Part shown: positions 38,110-50,200 of the stretch, in pieces
Layout: each line of letters begins with the position of its first letter
Numbering within the stretch: position 1 is the stretch's first letter
Assembly: GCF_044704955.1 (NCBI RefSeq)
Contig: NC_091980.1
Location: forward strand, 123,256,001-123,320,000
Length of the DNA: 64,000 bases
Direction of reading: 5' to 3'
From: Pristiophorus japonicus
Taxonomy: Eukaryota
Position numbers and translations under genes: made by a program
Notes under the pieces: generated by a model
Database searches by the model: none
What the model was told of the DNA's origin: nothing
The model's input: the letters and a program-made list of their open reading frames with translations, nothing else

Positions 38110-38454
38110 AGATTTCAGTTTTCTCTCTGAATCTCGGGATCTCGGGATCTCTATGTCTCTCTCTCTCTCTCTAGTTTTTGTTTCCCTTTTCTCTTTCTCT
38201 ATTCCTATTTCTCTATCTCTCTCACTCTCCCAATCAAATTTTCTCATTCTGTTTCTCAGTCCCTTTCCTCACTTCTATCTCTTTCTCNNNNNNNNNNNNN
38301 NNNNNNNNNNNNNNNNNNNNNNNNNNNNNNNNNNNNNNNNNNNNNNNNNNNNNNNNNNNNNNNNNNNNNNNNNNNNNNNNNNNNNNNNNNNNNNNNNNNN
38401 NNNNNNNNNNNNNNNNNNNNNNNNNNNNNNNNNNNNNNNNNNNNNNNNNNNNNN
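38110..38454. other. CT-rich low-complexity tract followed by an assembly gap (N, 38288-38454)
   Basis: Directly visible CT-rich sequence followed by 167 Ns. Confidence 0.97.
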
Positions 38455-39389
38455 CCTTTAGTGCGGATTCTGTGCTGAACATCCTCAGGTTTGGATCTTT
38501 CCTTCTTGTCTCTCTCCGTTCCCACGGCTCCGAGATCTCTGCCACTCTGCACCGGCCCTAAAAGCTGGCGGGCACCGTCAGCTGAAGGGCCGGCTTTTTC
38601 ACGCTGAAAATGGGTCCGGGGGCGGAGCGGCAGTGGTGAGCACTTTTAGCGCGTCACTACTGCCGCAAGCCCCACAACACTGCAAGACCTCCCGGGCCCA
38701 ATCTATGTTGGGGCGGCCAGTTGAGCCCAAAGTGATGGCCATTCGATTTTGATGGGCAGTAATGGTCCTTCCTCGGACTGTGAATTTCGAGGCCAATATT
38801 TCATTGTTGCAGAATGCTTTGGCATGTTCTGAGGTTGAGAAATCTATATAAATCCAAGTTATTTCTTTCTTTAATTTATGATTTGGGCTATATGAACCCT
38901 TCAAAAATAAACAGTCAGTGTACATGAAACTGCCCAAAAATGGGGTTTTGAAGTTACAGCAGCAGTGCTGGGACAGCTGTGAGAAAATTCCTGGCATAGG
39001 TGATTTTCTGCCTGAGTTAAATAGCTCATGATAAAATTACTCTTATGTTTTGTAGAATATTTTATATACAGCAGTTAATTATGATGTACATTTGGGTTGT
39101 AAGTTCATCATAAGTTCACTGCTTATCAGTTATCTAGTTAATATAAACTGCAAAAATATCAATCACTTTTCAGAAATGGTTCTTTATCAGAAATATTAAC
39201 ACTTTTCAAATGCTGACAAGCCTGCCGTATATTTTCGCCACTTTCTGTCTCTATTTTTAATCATATTTCACTGCTGGTCATGGCACATCCTGTAGTTATG
39301 ATGCAGTTTAAAATCTAATTGTTTCTCTTTTACACTTCTCAACTCATTTTATCTCTGGGCAGGTGTGACCTGCTCCAGAAATGAGGCTT

Positions 39390-39944
39390 GGGCTAATTTA
39401 ACTCCCAGTCTTATTAAAATCCCACTGGTCAACGTCCCACCTGTTCCAGGCAGGAATTGGCAGAAAATTCCATAGCCCCAAGGCTGCCCACCAACACGTG
39501 GTAGGTGGCAGGATCAGCTTCCGGGGCCACTCGTGGGGGGAATCGCGTTTGGGAAACGGGGGTGAGCCCACCACATGGGATGCCCAAACTTTCCTCTTGG
39601 GCTTGGAGGAACACTTCTGCTCGTTCTGGTCCTGCAGGTAAAGTCAAAAACAATACTTACCTGTTTGGGGGTCTTCCTGCCCCTGCTCCTCTTCCAACTG
39701 TTTGCATCTGACAGGAAAACCACAGCAGCTTCCCCACTCAGGCCACAAGTTAAAATTGCAGTGTGGTTCGAATGATGCCATCAGGACTTGACAAGCTAGT
39801 TGTGGGCGGGTGTCCTTGCTTCCTGCTCAGTAGAGTGGGTTCAAATTCTCAATGGTGGGTTCCTGGCAGCTAAGTAACCTGGGTGATTTTAACTGGCCAC
39901 CTCCACCAGGTTTCGGCCGGGTGGGTAAGGTTAAAATCGCGCCC
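39390..39944. mobile_element. Harbinger-like MITE
   Basis: Ends GGGCTAATTTAAC / GTTAAAATCGCGCCC; internal TTAAAAT / ATTTTAA motifs. Confidence 0.55.
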
Positions 39945-40277
39945 ATAGATATTTTTATCCTCTGCCTTTGTGGCTCATTGCACAACAGACGGACCATTTT
40001 CCGAGGCACTGGCTAGAATTTCAACACTTCACATGTGGTGTGTTGCTGAGTCACACAGCTCAGGGAGGTCCCCAGTTAGATCCCTGATTGATGCAGGGTT
40101 AGCTGGGATGAGATTAGGGACACAACAGTTGAGCTCAGAATTCTTGCATCAGGGAGGAGAAATCAATCATGTTTCCTGTTCCTCTCTCTGCACTACTCTC
40201 TCTGCATGGCTCAGTGGGCAAGTGCCAGGGTAAGTGTGCTGTTTACTTAAATAGACCAAGAAGGTCTCAATGCCTGG

Positions 40278-40902
40278 GGGGCAGATATTTCAGTCCTTTG
40301 CGCTCTGTTTTTCACCCCAGAGCGGTGGCAATGGCGGCGGTGAGGTCTTCTGGGCGTGCGGTCAGCCTCCAGCATCCCGCGAGGGTTTTTGGGGCCGGTT
40401 TTACGGGGGCGCGGAGCAGCACCGCCCGGAAGAGCTGCGCCGGTGTGCAATGCCCCTGGTTGTGACACCAGCACGGTGTTTGATTCCTGCCTGACCCACA
40501 CACCCTGCATTGACCACCTGGGAAATCGGGCGGAGAACCTATACTGACCGCAGAGGGGTAAGTAATGCAGTCCTAAGGTAAGTGTGATTGTTTTTTTCTT
40601 TTAATTTCTTTTGCGATTTATGTTGTGGTGGCGTGGGCCATGTATTGGGAATGTTTTTGTGTTTTTTTTTCCTTCTCCCCAGGTGTCTCTCTGAACACTC
40701 CCGAACCGGCTCTTTAGCTCGGGATTGTCCCATGCCAACGCCCTAAGAAAGATGTACAACGCCTCCCTTAGCGCTGCGCCCCCTGACTCAGGGCCTTGCT
40801 GCTCAATTTTGATGACTGAGACACAAACTATTCCAGGGCACAAACGTTACTGCCCCGCTGCCATTACCACCCCGAAATCATCAAAGCCGAAAATGCAGCC
40901 CC
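40278..40902. mobile_element. Harbinger-like MITE
   Basis: TIRs GGGGCAGATATTTC / GAAAATGCAGCCCC; TSD TGG/TGG; internally similar to 52367-52986. Confidence 0.75.
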
Positions 40903-43044
40903 TGGTGTATCAACAGTTAGCTTCGGTGTCTGCCAACTCACTGCCCCCCTTCCATGATCTGCAACATTTTGTATTATTTGCCCACTGGTCACATTTTTGA
41001 GTGAATTATTGTGATTTTGTTGATACCAATTTGGGTTAAACATTCTTTCTCTGAATTGTTAATAAGACGCAGTTCCGCTTGTATTTCACCAGCCTTGCAT
41101 AAATCAGGAGTCCTACTGGAAGTGCCCTGATGGATGAGGGCAGGATTCAGCTTGGCCAGAACAGCCCTGTTGGTGAATTGGTCACTGTACAGGCTCACGT
41201 GTGAATAATGACCATTTGAGGCATTAGCAGTGGTTAACAGCTACCCGTGGAGCTCGATCCTTACATCAATAACTGCCTCCAGGAGCAGAGGAGTCAGGGG
41301 AGAAAATAAGAGAAAAACTGAATGGATCACATGGGAAGTGTTGAAATTCTAGCGAGTGACTTTTCAGTGCCTCAAAAATGGTCTGCCGATTACATTGCTG
41401 TAAATGAAGCACTGTGTTGTAGTTACAGTATTGTACCCAGGATAATCGTAGCCGTGGATGATCATTGCATGGTTGTGTCTTGTTGTTTGAATTGGACTAA
41501 CAGCCACGTGTGCACTTTGCACAAGCTTTCGGTGCATTAAAATAGAAACTAATTTTAGTAACGGGAGTGGTCTGGGCAGGGTGTTCCAAAACCTGCTTTT
41601 CAAATTGGACGGAAAATTACAATTGACTAAACAATTTTAGAAAATTGCTAACACAAGCCCATTGGAATCAGAAACTCTCTGATGTATATGCTATCATCTT
41701 TCAAAGTCAAATGGGAGCAAAATACTGCCCACTACTACGATCACTCTATATTTTGTCAGCAACCATTTGCATTTAATTATAACTTAATATCATATAAATA
41801 TGGAGCAATGGCAGACTGGAGGAGTTGCCTTTTTTGTGTTTCCTAAAATGAAATTTATTTCAGAAATAAACATGCTCAATAGATCTTTTGAAATCAGTTA
41901 TCTATAGGTTCCGTTTCCAATTGGTGTCAGCATTTGTGCACAACAGCTGGCAGTATGGTTCAGGTATAATAAAATTGTCATTTTATTCCATTTTGAAATG
42001 ACAGACTGATTACACCCAAGCATTTCTCACAGGAACTGGTTTCTATCTATATTAATGAGGGGGCAGATGTTTATCCCAAGATGGGAAGACATAATGAAAT
42101 GCGTTAGGTGGGAGCAATGTGTTATGACAAACCAGCTTTCCAATTCATCAATCTGAAAGGAAATACATTATCTGGATTGTAGAGTTGGGGCAATCAGTTA
42201 CCAGAAACTAATGATTTTAAGCATTTTGCTGATTTTAAAAATGTCTGCATTGTGATAAATGAAAGCAGGTGTTTGTCCATTTTAGTAACTGGTGTTGACT
42301 GAGCTTACCATCTCACTTTAATCAGATCCATGGACTTCATTCTTTCTTTGTGCTATTTCAGTGCATCCATTAACGTGTTCACTTCAATTCCTTTCTGCAC
42401 TATTTTAGCGTCTACTCAACCTGCTAAAAATGTGTTCTGCCAAAGGATTTCAATTTCACGTGTTAACAGGACAGAATCGTGCATCTTATAAATAGATTAT
42501 ACTTACCTGGTACCCCACCCTTCATGGTACAGTTTGTAGAAAAATCAGTTTGATGTATTTAACTGGGCATGAGGTCTGTAGGTTAAGGTCTATGTTGAAA
42601 TAGCCCAGACAAGAATTTGTGTAAATATGTTAATACTTGTGCTAAAAATAGTGTGCCCAGGGTAATAAATCTACTGACTTGTTCCATTTTTTCTTAATCT
42701 TTTGCTTTTCATGCACTATAAACTGGGAGAGCTCTGACATCCCTTCCTGTTAAGTAAGGTTGTGCTGCACTTGGTGTCTCAATGTTTCACTTACTTGCAT
42801 CAAATATATTTCACCGACTAGCGGGTAGTCTGCCAGAGCAGATAGCCCTTTTGTTATAGATCCCATTCCATTGATAATCAGGCAGGTTTTACAGGGGAAA
42901 GCAATCTGCTCTGCCAGACTGCTGTCCAGGCTGTGAAGACAAAACTCTATCCCACTGTTCCCTAAAATGACTGAGGACTAAAGTGGGAGCACCTCTTGTA
43001 TAACTTAGCTCCAAAGAGGAAATGATAACTTGGAGGCATGGTTG

Positions 43045-43314
43045 TGTAATGTATGCACCTGTGAGAATGCTCGCAGGTTGGTTGAGCAGTTGAGTTGTGA
43101 GTGGCTTAGCCAGTCAGGTGATGTTCACAAGGCTCAATAAAACTTCAATCAGTAGGGTCAAGGTCATCCACGATGATGTATGCAGTATCCTAGTGGATGA
43201 ACTGGGAATGTGTAGTGTGATTGTTAAACCTTTGTTAATAAACCAACTGGTTCTTAATAGCAATGTGTTGCTATGAATTCTTAAGCAAATAACCCATGAA
43301 GCAAATACATTACA
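43045..43314. mobile_element. Solo LTR (270 bp) of a third LTR family
   Basis: Perfect terminal IR TGTAATGTAT...ATACATTACA; perfect 5-bp TSD GGTTG (43040-43044, 43315-43319); internal AATAAA motifs. Confidence 0.88.
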
Positions 43315-43555
43315 GGTTGTTTGTCTTTTCTATCTGTGCACAGATTGTAAACAATCATGATTTAATTGTGGCTTGCATCTGTGGTGTTTTATGTCTACAG
43401 ATTGTTAATTTATTCAACACTACTAATGATTATTTTTTCTGTGACTATGTAAAGTCACAAATGTTGGGGGTATGTATTTATAACCATGTGAGTGGTGCTG
43501 CATAATGTACAAGCTACCATAAGTAATCCTGTGTCTATAAAAATGAGACATTTTT

Positions 43556-45170
43556 GGGGGAATGTTCACCCGCTACCTGTCGGGAACAGGTAGGTGCTTT
43601 GCGACAACTTACTCTCGCTTGAGTCCCTCCTGCTGCCATCTTAACTTTTATATAGGCGGCCGTTGCACCCGCCTGATTCAGGCAGGAGCCCAATTAATAT
43701 ATGTTAACCTGAGTCCTATGACTCACCCACTGTGTGCGTCCCACTCAATTAAACCTGGTGGGGTGGAAGAGGAGCCCCCGAAGGCAAGTCAAAAACTTTC
43801 CTTAGTGGGGCTAAGAGAAGCAGGGGTGCTCTTGCCAGCTCAATAAGGATCGTCTGGGCCTCTACTGCATCCCGTTCTCTGCCCCTTCCCACTCCCTGCA
43901 TCCCGCTCTCTGCTGCTTCCCACTCCCTGCACCCCGCTCTCTGCCCCTTCCCACTCCCTGCAACCCGCTCTCTGCCCCTTTCCACTACCTGCATCCCGCT
44001 CTCTGCTCCTTCCCACTCCTTGCCCCTTCCCACTCCCTGCATCCTGCTCTCTGGACTTTCCCACCCCCTGCATCCCGCTCTCTGCCCCTTCCCACTCCCT
44101 GCATCCCGCTCTCTGCCCCTTCCCACTCCCTGCACCCCGCTCTCTGCCCCTTCCCACTCCCTGCATCCCGCTCTCTGCCCCTTCCCACTCCCTGCATCCC
44201 GCTCTCTGCCCCTTTCCACTACCTGCATCCTGCTCTCTGCCCCTTCCCACTCCCTGCCCCTTCCCACTCCCTGCATCCTGCTCTCTGGACCTTCCCACCC
44301 CCTGCATCCCGCTCTCTGCCCCTTCCCACTCCCTGCATCCTGCTCTCTGCCCCTTACCACTCCCTGCACCCCGCTCTCTGCCCCTTCCCACTCCCTGCAT
44401 CCCGCTCTCTGCCCCTTCCTACTCCCTGCCCCTTCCTACTCCCTGCACCCCGCTCTCTGCCCCTTCCCACTCCCTGCATCCTGCTCTCTGCCCCTTCCCA
44501 CTACCTGCATCCCGCTCTCTGCCCCTTCCTACTCCCTGCCCCTTCCTACTCCCTGCACCCCGCTCTCTGCCCCTTCCCACTCCCTGCACCCTGCTCTCTG
44601 CCCCTTCCCACTCCCTGCATCCCGCTCTCTGCCCCTTCCCACTCCCTGCATCCCGCTCTCTGCCCCTTCCCACTCCCTGCATCCCGCTCTCTGCCCCTTC
44701 CCACTCCCTGCAACCCGCTCTCTGCCCTTTCACACTCCCTGCACCCCACTCTCTGCCACTTCCCACTACCTGCATCCCGCTCTCTGCCCCTTCCTACTCT
44801 CTGCCCCTTCCTACTCCCTGCACCCCGCTCTCTGCCCCTTCCCACTACCTGCATCCCGCTCTCTGCCCCTTCCTACTCTCTGCCCCTTCCCACTCCCTGC
44901 ACCCCACTCTCTGCCCCTTCCCACTACCTGCATCCCGCTCTCTGCCCCTTCCCACTCCCTGCATCCCGCTCTCTGCCCCTTCCCACTCCCTGCATCCCAC
45001 TCTCTGCCCCTTCCCACTCCCTGCATCCCACTCTCTGCCCCTTCCCACTCCCTGCATCCCGCTCTCTGCCCTTTCCCACTCCCTGCATCCCGGACTCAAA
45101 ACTGATCACGTCGGGTGATTCTGATGCTCGGCCATCTGCCTAAATATCCACTCTCCGTTAAAATCCTCCT
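43556..45170. mobile_element. Degenerate Harbinger-like MITE hosting a minisatellite
   Basis: GGGGGAATGTTCAC left end and GTTAAAATCCTCC right end; left arm resembles 4580-4800. Confidence 0.45.
43862..45091. repeat. Minisatellite, 31-bp unit CCCGCTCTCTGCCCCTTCCCACTCCCTGCAT with interspersed 17-bp subunits
   Basis: About 40 tandem units directly visible; explains the overlapping repetitive ORFs at 43749-45109. Confidence 0.97.
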
Positions 45171-47249
45171 GTTATACTTTCTGGTTAGATTGCATATTTT
45201 TCTTACACTCTTTAATTTGCTAGCAGTTCAATAATTAGACTTCAGACACTTTAGCAGCTACAATATGGAAAGATCAGAATGTTGAATTCAAGTTCCAGTT
45301 TTTATTGATATTCGTACTTAGGTTTGAATGGGGATAAGTTTCACCGCTCCATATCAGGGCATCTGAGTGAGGGGCGCACGTGGGAAAATGTGAAATGCTA
45401 AAATGCTTTTTGTTCCATTGAACCCGTTCTTTACAATAATACAGTTTGCGCTATCACAGACTAAACCTAATTCAATCTGAGAGAGGTAACAAGCCATAAT
45501 CAAAACCACTAAGAAAACCACATGATATTTCCCCCATAGCCCTGGGGTTAGTCGAGTGAAAATTCTAAGATATTATTCTAAAATGACAACTTATGCTGTT
45601 CCATACTGACCAGATGCCATTTCAATGGGCTAAACCCACACATCATCAGTTACTCAATGGAGCACAGTGCCTGAATGTATAACCTTCAATCCTTTTTTCT
45701 AAACTGGATATTCATCCAGCCCCTTTTTAAAAGTGAGATAATATAGTGTCAGCTACGTTTTAATGTGAATTCATTCTATCTATAGCACTTTGTATGGTTG
45801 GGGGAATGGAAAATTCAGAATAAGAGGGTTACCCTTTCACAGTGCTCGAGTTTAATACCTGGTGGTTCAATTGAAACATATTCACGCTGGGCTGCATGGC
45901 AATATTCATGGCCTGAACCAAGCCAAGGAGTGTACGAGTGATATGAGGAGAAATGAAGCTAATTTCAACAGCAGAAAGTATAGGAGAACTCAGCATCACC
46001 AGACTCCACACAAAAATAAACAGCTGAACCCCAGTAAAATGCGATCATCACAATGTTAATCATATATGCAATAACTCTGAGTAAATCCACAGGCCGAGAC
46101 AACAATGCAGACAAAATCATCTGCACAGCAGTGTACACCACTGCTGCAGGCTATAGTAGTCCCTAAATCAGAAACATGCATACACATTTGTTCATGCCAA
46201 TTTCATGTTTATTGTGAATGTGTTGCTAAACTGTTGGGTGAAGGTTAAACCTCACAACAACAACAACAATTTGTATTTATATAGCGCCTTTAATGTATTA
46301 AAATGCCTTGATTGCAGTCAGAAAATATGGATTAAAACTGTACAATGCTACAAATTAGGCAAGATGATGTTCCAGAGCTGTGATTTCAGACATTGGTAAC
46401 TTCACATACATGTGATAAAGTCATTAATTGCTAACTAAAATATATGGAAAGTTTTACAGGATACACTATATGGAACTGTGGGATATGATCTAAATGACAA
46501 AAGTGGCTGACCTAATAACATCATCAATAAAGTCATATGAATTACAGTCAGTTCTATGAGTACGATAACATTTGTACATTTGGATCCTTGTCATGTATTT
46601 GTTAGATCTGTAATTAAAACAATTTTATAAATATTCACATCTGACATTGTGTTTAGAGTAGTTTAGATTAATTCACTGTGGATAGCTTTTCCCCTTTACA
46701 GTGCCAACTGATCTGCAGTGTGACATAAGGACAGGTTTAACAAATGGTTATGCTGATAAACAGGCCCCAATGATGACATGTCACAATGTTTCTGCCTGTT
46801 TTTCGTTTCATCATCTACTCACCCATAGAAAATGGGCATATGGGGTTGATAAGGACTGTTCCCTTTATTGAAGTGGATTCAAAGTGGCTTCACGCAAGAT
46901 TTGTGGCAGCACTTTGAGACCATTTCTCGATGTTTTACATTCCTGTTTCACTTAATTGGTCAGCAAGTCTAGTGCCAAGTAATCTGCCACTGACTTCTTT
47001 TCGGTACATTTCCACTTTTTTTTGAGGAAGATGTCAGGGAGGCCTGGCTGCACTAATGGTGGAATGTACCTACCCACCAGTAATCGTCAACTCTCATTTA
47101 CAGGCAGGGACATACCTCCCAGGCAATAACCACGTAGAACAGGCTGCACAGGTTCTGAGTCAACAGAGAGCCAAGTGTAGAGCTATGCCACATGCATCAC
47201 CAGCAGTAATGGTCAGCTGCACCTTCAAGGACTCTTCCTTTAGGTGTCA

Positions 47250-50200
47250 GCCTTGGCTCAGTTGCAGCACTCTTACCTCTGAGTCAGAGGGCTGTGGCTT
47301 CAAGTCCCACTACAGAGATTTGAGAACATAATCTAAGCTGACACTTCATTGCAGTACTGAGGGAGTGCTGCACTGTTGGAGGTGCCGTCTTTTGAATGAG
47401 ACATTAAATGAGGCCCAGTCTGCCTGCAGTCTGGTGGACATAAACTGTTGTGTATGGAGAAAGAGTCAGACTGAACACTGTGAGCTCAAAGTAAAGTGTG
47501 AACTTAGCCTTTTATTGCAGGTCTCCAGAGTGCCTCTCCAACCTGTGAAGCCTCCTTAAATACCTGTGCTCCCAAGGGATTATGGGATCCCTTGGGACAC
47601 CAGGGCATAAGCCCTCTGGTGATGGTACAGAGTAAATACAAGTATACATATATAAAGCCCCAAAGTCAATAGTGTAACTATTTACAATGTGAGTCGATCT
47701 GGGGCCCTGCTTGCCCTGGTTGATCGTCTCGGTATGAAAGCTGGTGTTGTTGAATCATTTGTTGGGCCCTCGCTGGACTGCTGTGCAGCTGGCCTTGCTG
47801 TGCTGCCTGGTGTGTTGGGCTCTGCAGGGCTGCTGTGGATGATGGGTTCTGCTTCGTGGTCAACCGTGGTGCCGGTTGCCACTGGTGTGTATGTTGGGGG
47901 ATCAAAAAAGGTAGGGTCCAAGTTGGGTTACTCAGGACAGTCCGTGAATCTGAGTTTGATTTGATCCAAGTGTTTCTGGTGAATGAGTCCATTTAAAAGT
48001 TTGACCCGAAACACCCTGCTCCCCTCTTTGGCCACGACAGTGCCGGGAAGCCACTTGGGACCTTGTCCATAATTTACTAAAAATACAGGATCATTGATTT
48101 CAATCTCATGTGACACATTTGCGCTATCATGGTATGCACCTTGTTGAAGCCGTCTGCTCGCTATCTGTTCATGTAGATCAGGGATAACTAACAAGAGCCT
48201 TGTCTTAAGTGCTCTGTTCATGAACAGTTCAGCAGGTGGGATCCGAGTGAGTGAATGGGGTCTCATGCGGTAGCTAAGCAGGACTCAGGATAGGCGAGTC
48301 TGCAGTGAGCCTTCAGTTACCTTCTTCAAGCCTTGCTTGATGGTTTGCACTGCTCTTTCTGCCTGATCATTGGACGCTGGTTTAAACGGGGCAGATGTGA
48401 CATGTTTGATCCCGTTACGGGTCATGAATTCTTTGAACTCAGCATTGGTAAAACATGGCCCTTGTCGCTCACCAGGACATCGTGTGTGGCAAACATGGCC
48501 CGCAGGCTTTCAGTAGTGGCAGCGGACGTGCTAGTCGACATTATCTCACATTCAATCCACTTGGAGTACGGGTCTACAACCACAAGGAACATTTTACCCA
48601 AGAACAGGCCTGCATAGTCGACATGTACCCTAGACCACGGTTTGGAGGGCCAAGACCATAAACTTAGCGGTGCCTCCCTGGGTCTGGGTACATTGCTTAA
48701 CTGCGAACATGTATTACATCTGTGAATGTAGGACTCTAAGTTCGCATCGATATCGGGCCACCAATGTGGGATCTGGCTATCGCTTTCATCATTACGATGC
48801 CTGGGTGAGTACTGTGGAGGTCATTGATGAAGGTGTCTCTGCCCTTCTTGGGGACCACTACTTGATTGCCCCACAGAAGGCAGTCTGCCTGTATAGACAT
48901 TTCATCTTTGCGCCGCTGGAACGGCTTTATCTCTTCCTGCATTTCCACTGGGACACTGGACCAGTTCCCGTGAAGCACACAGCTCTTAACTAGAGATAAT
49001 AAGGGGTGCTGGCTTGTCCAGGTTTTGATCTGCTGGGCAGTGGTGGGTGATTGCTCACTCTCAAATGCTTCCATAATCATGGCTAGATCTGTGGGCTGCG
49101 CCATTTCTACCCCCCTGGTGGGCAATGGCAGCCTACTGAGAGCATCAGCGCAGTTTTCTGTGCTTGGCCTGTGATGGATGGCGTAGTTGTATGTGGACAA
49201 CGTGAGCGCCCATCTCTGGATGCAGGCAGATACGTTGGTATTTATCCCTTTATTCTCGGATAACAGGGATATAAGTGGCTTATGGTCAGTTTCCAATTCG
49301 AATTTTAGCCCAAACAGATACTGATGCATTTTCTTTACCCCATAGACACACGCTAACGCTTCTTTCTCAATCATGCTGAAGGCTCTCTCAGCCTTAGACA
49401 GACTCCTGGATGCATAAGCAACTGGGTTGCAGTTTCCTGAAATCATTAGCTTGTTGCAATACATACCCGACGCCATATGACGACGCATCACATGCTAGTA
49501 CCAAACGCTTACATGGATCTTACAACACAAGCAATTTGTTTGAGCATAACAATTTTCTTGCTTTTACAAAGACATTTTCTTGGCTATTGCCCCAAATCCA
49601 TTCGTCACCTTTTCGTAGTAAGACATGCAGTGGTTCTAACAGTATGCTGAGACCTGGTAAGAAGCTACCAAAGTAATTCAGGGGTCCCAGAAATGACCGC
49701 AGCTCCATCACGTTCTGTGGCCTCGGTGCGTTCTCGATTGCCTCCATATTCTCGTTGGTGGACCTGATGCCGTCCGCCGCAATTCTCTTTCCCAGGAACT
49801 CCACTTCAGGCGCCAGGAAAATGCACTTCGAGCATTTTACCTGAGCCCCACAAGGTTGAGCCAACTAAGAACCTCCTCCAGGTTCAGCAAATGCTCGACT
49901 GTGTTCCGACCTGTGACCAAGATGTCGTCCTGGAAGACCACGGTGTGCGGGACCGACTTCAGTAAGCTTTCCATGTTACTTTGGAATATCGCTGTCGCCG
50001 ATTGGATTCCAAATGGGCATCTGTTATAAACCAAAAGACCTTTGTGCGTGTTGATGCAGGGGAGGGCCTTCGATGATTCCTCCTGTTCCTGCGTCATGTA
50101 GGCTGAAGTCAGATCCAGCTTCGTGATCGTCTTTCCTCCCGCCAGCATTGCAAAGAGGTCGTCGGCTTTTGGTCGTGGGTATTGGTCCTGCAGGGTGAAA

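Larger units (their letters stand above)
36212..38794. mobile_element. Harbinger-like transposon derivative containing an RTE fragment and an assembly gap
   Basis: Ends GGGGCCAAAATTCA / TGAATTTCGAGGCC; flanks TAT and AAT; the SINE resumes after it; ORFs at 36377-36965 (coiled-coil-like then Pro/Ser-rich AGPSRPKAARG) resemble a Myb-ORF C-terminus. Confidence 0.6.
35520..38860 (+). mobile_element. Deu-domain SINE fragmented by two DNA-transposon insertions
   Basis: Head with A box (TGGCTCAATCGG) and B box (GGTTCAAGTCC) at 35520-35755, middle at 36140-36211, tail (ATGCTTTGGCATGTTCTGAGG..CTATATAAAT) at 38795-38860, all colinear. Confidence 0.8.

Noticed and set aside
38153-38561. ORFs spanning X residues
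   Set aside because: They read through low-complexity sequence and the N gap.
42499-42577. ATACTTACCTGG (U1 snRNA 5' end) or a 69-nt minus-strand exon at 42507-42575
   Set aside because: The U1 match stops after 12 nt. As an exon it has stops in all three frames and a mediocre acceptor, so it cannot be separated from chance.
43862-45091. CRISPR-like array
   Set aside because: Units are contiguous with no unique spacers, there are no cas genes, and the context is eukaryotic.
43749-45109. Long repetitive ORFs (up to 361 aa) on both strands
   Set aside because: By-products of a stop-poor 31-bp minisatellite; the unit is not a multiple of 3 and there is no coding signature.
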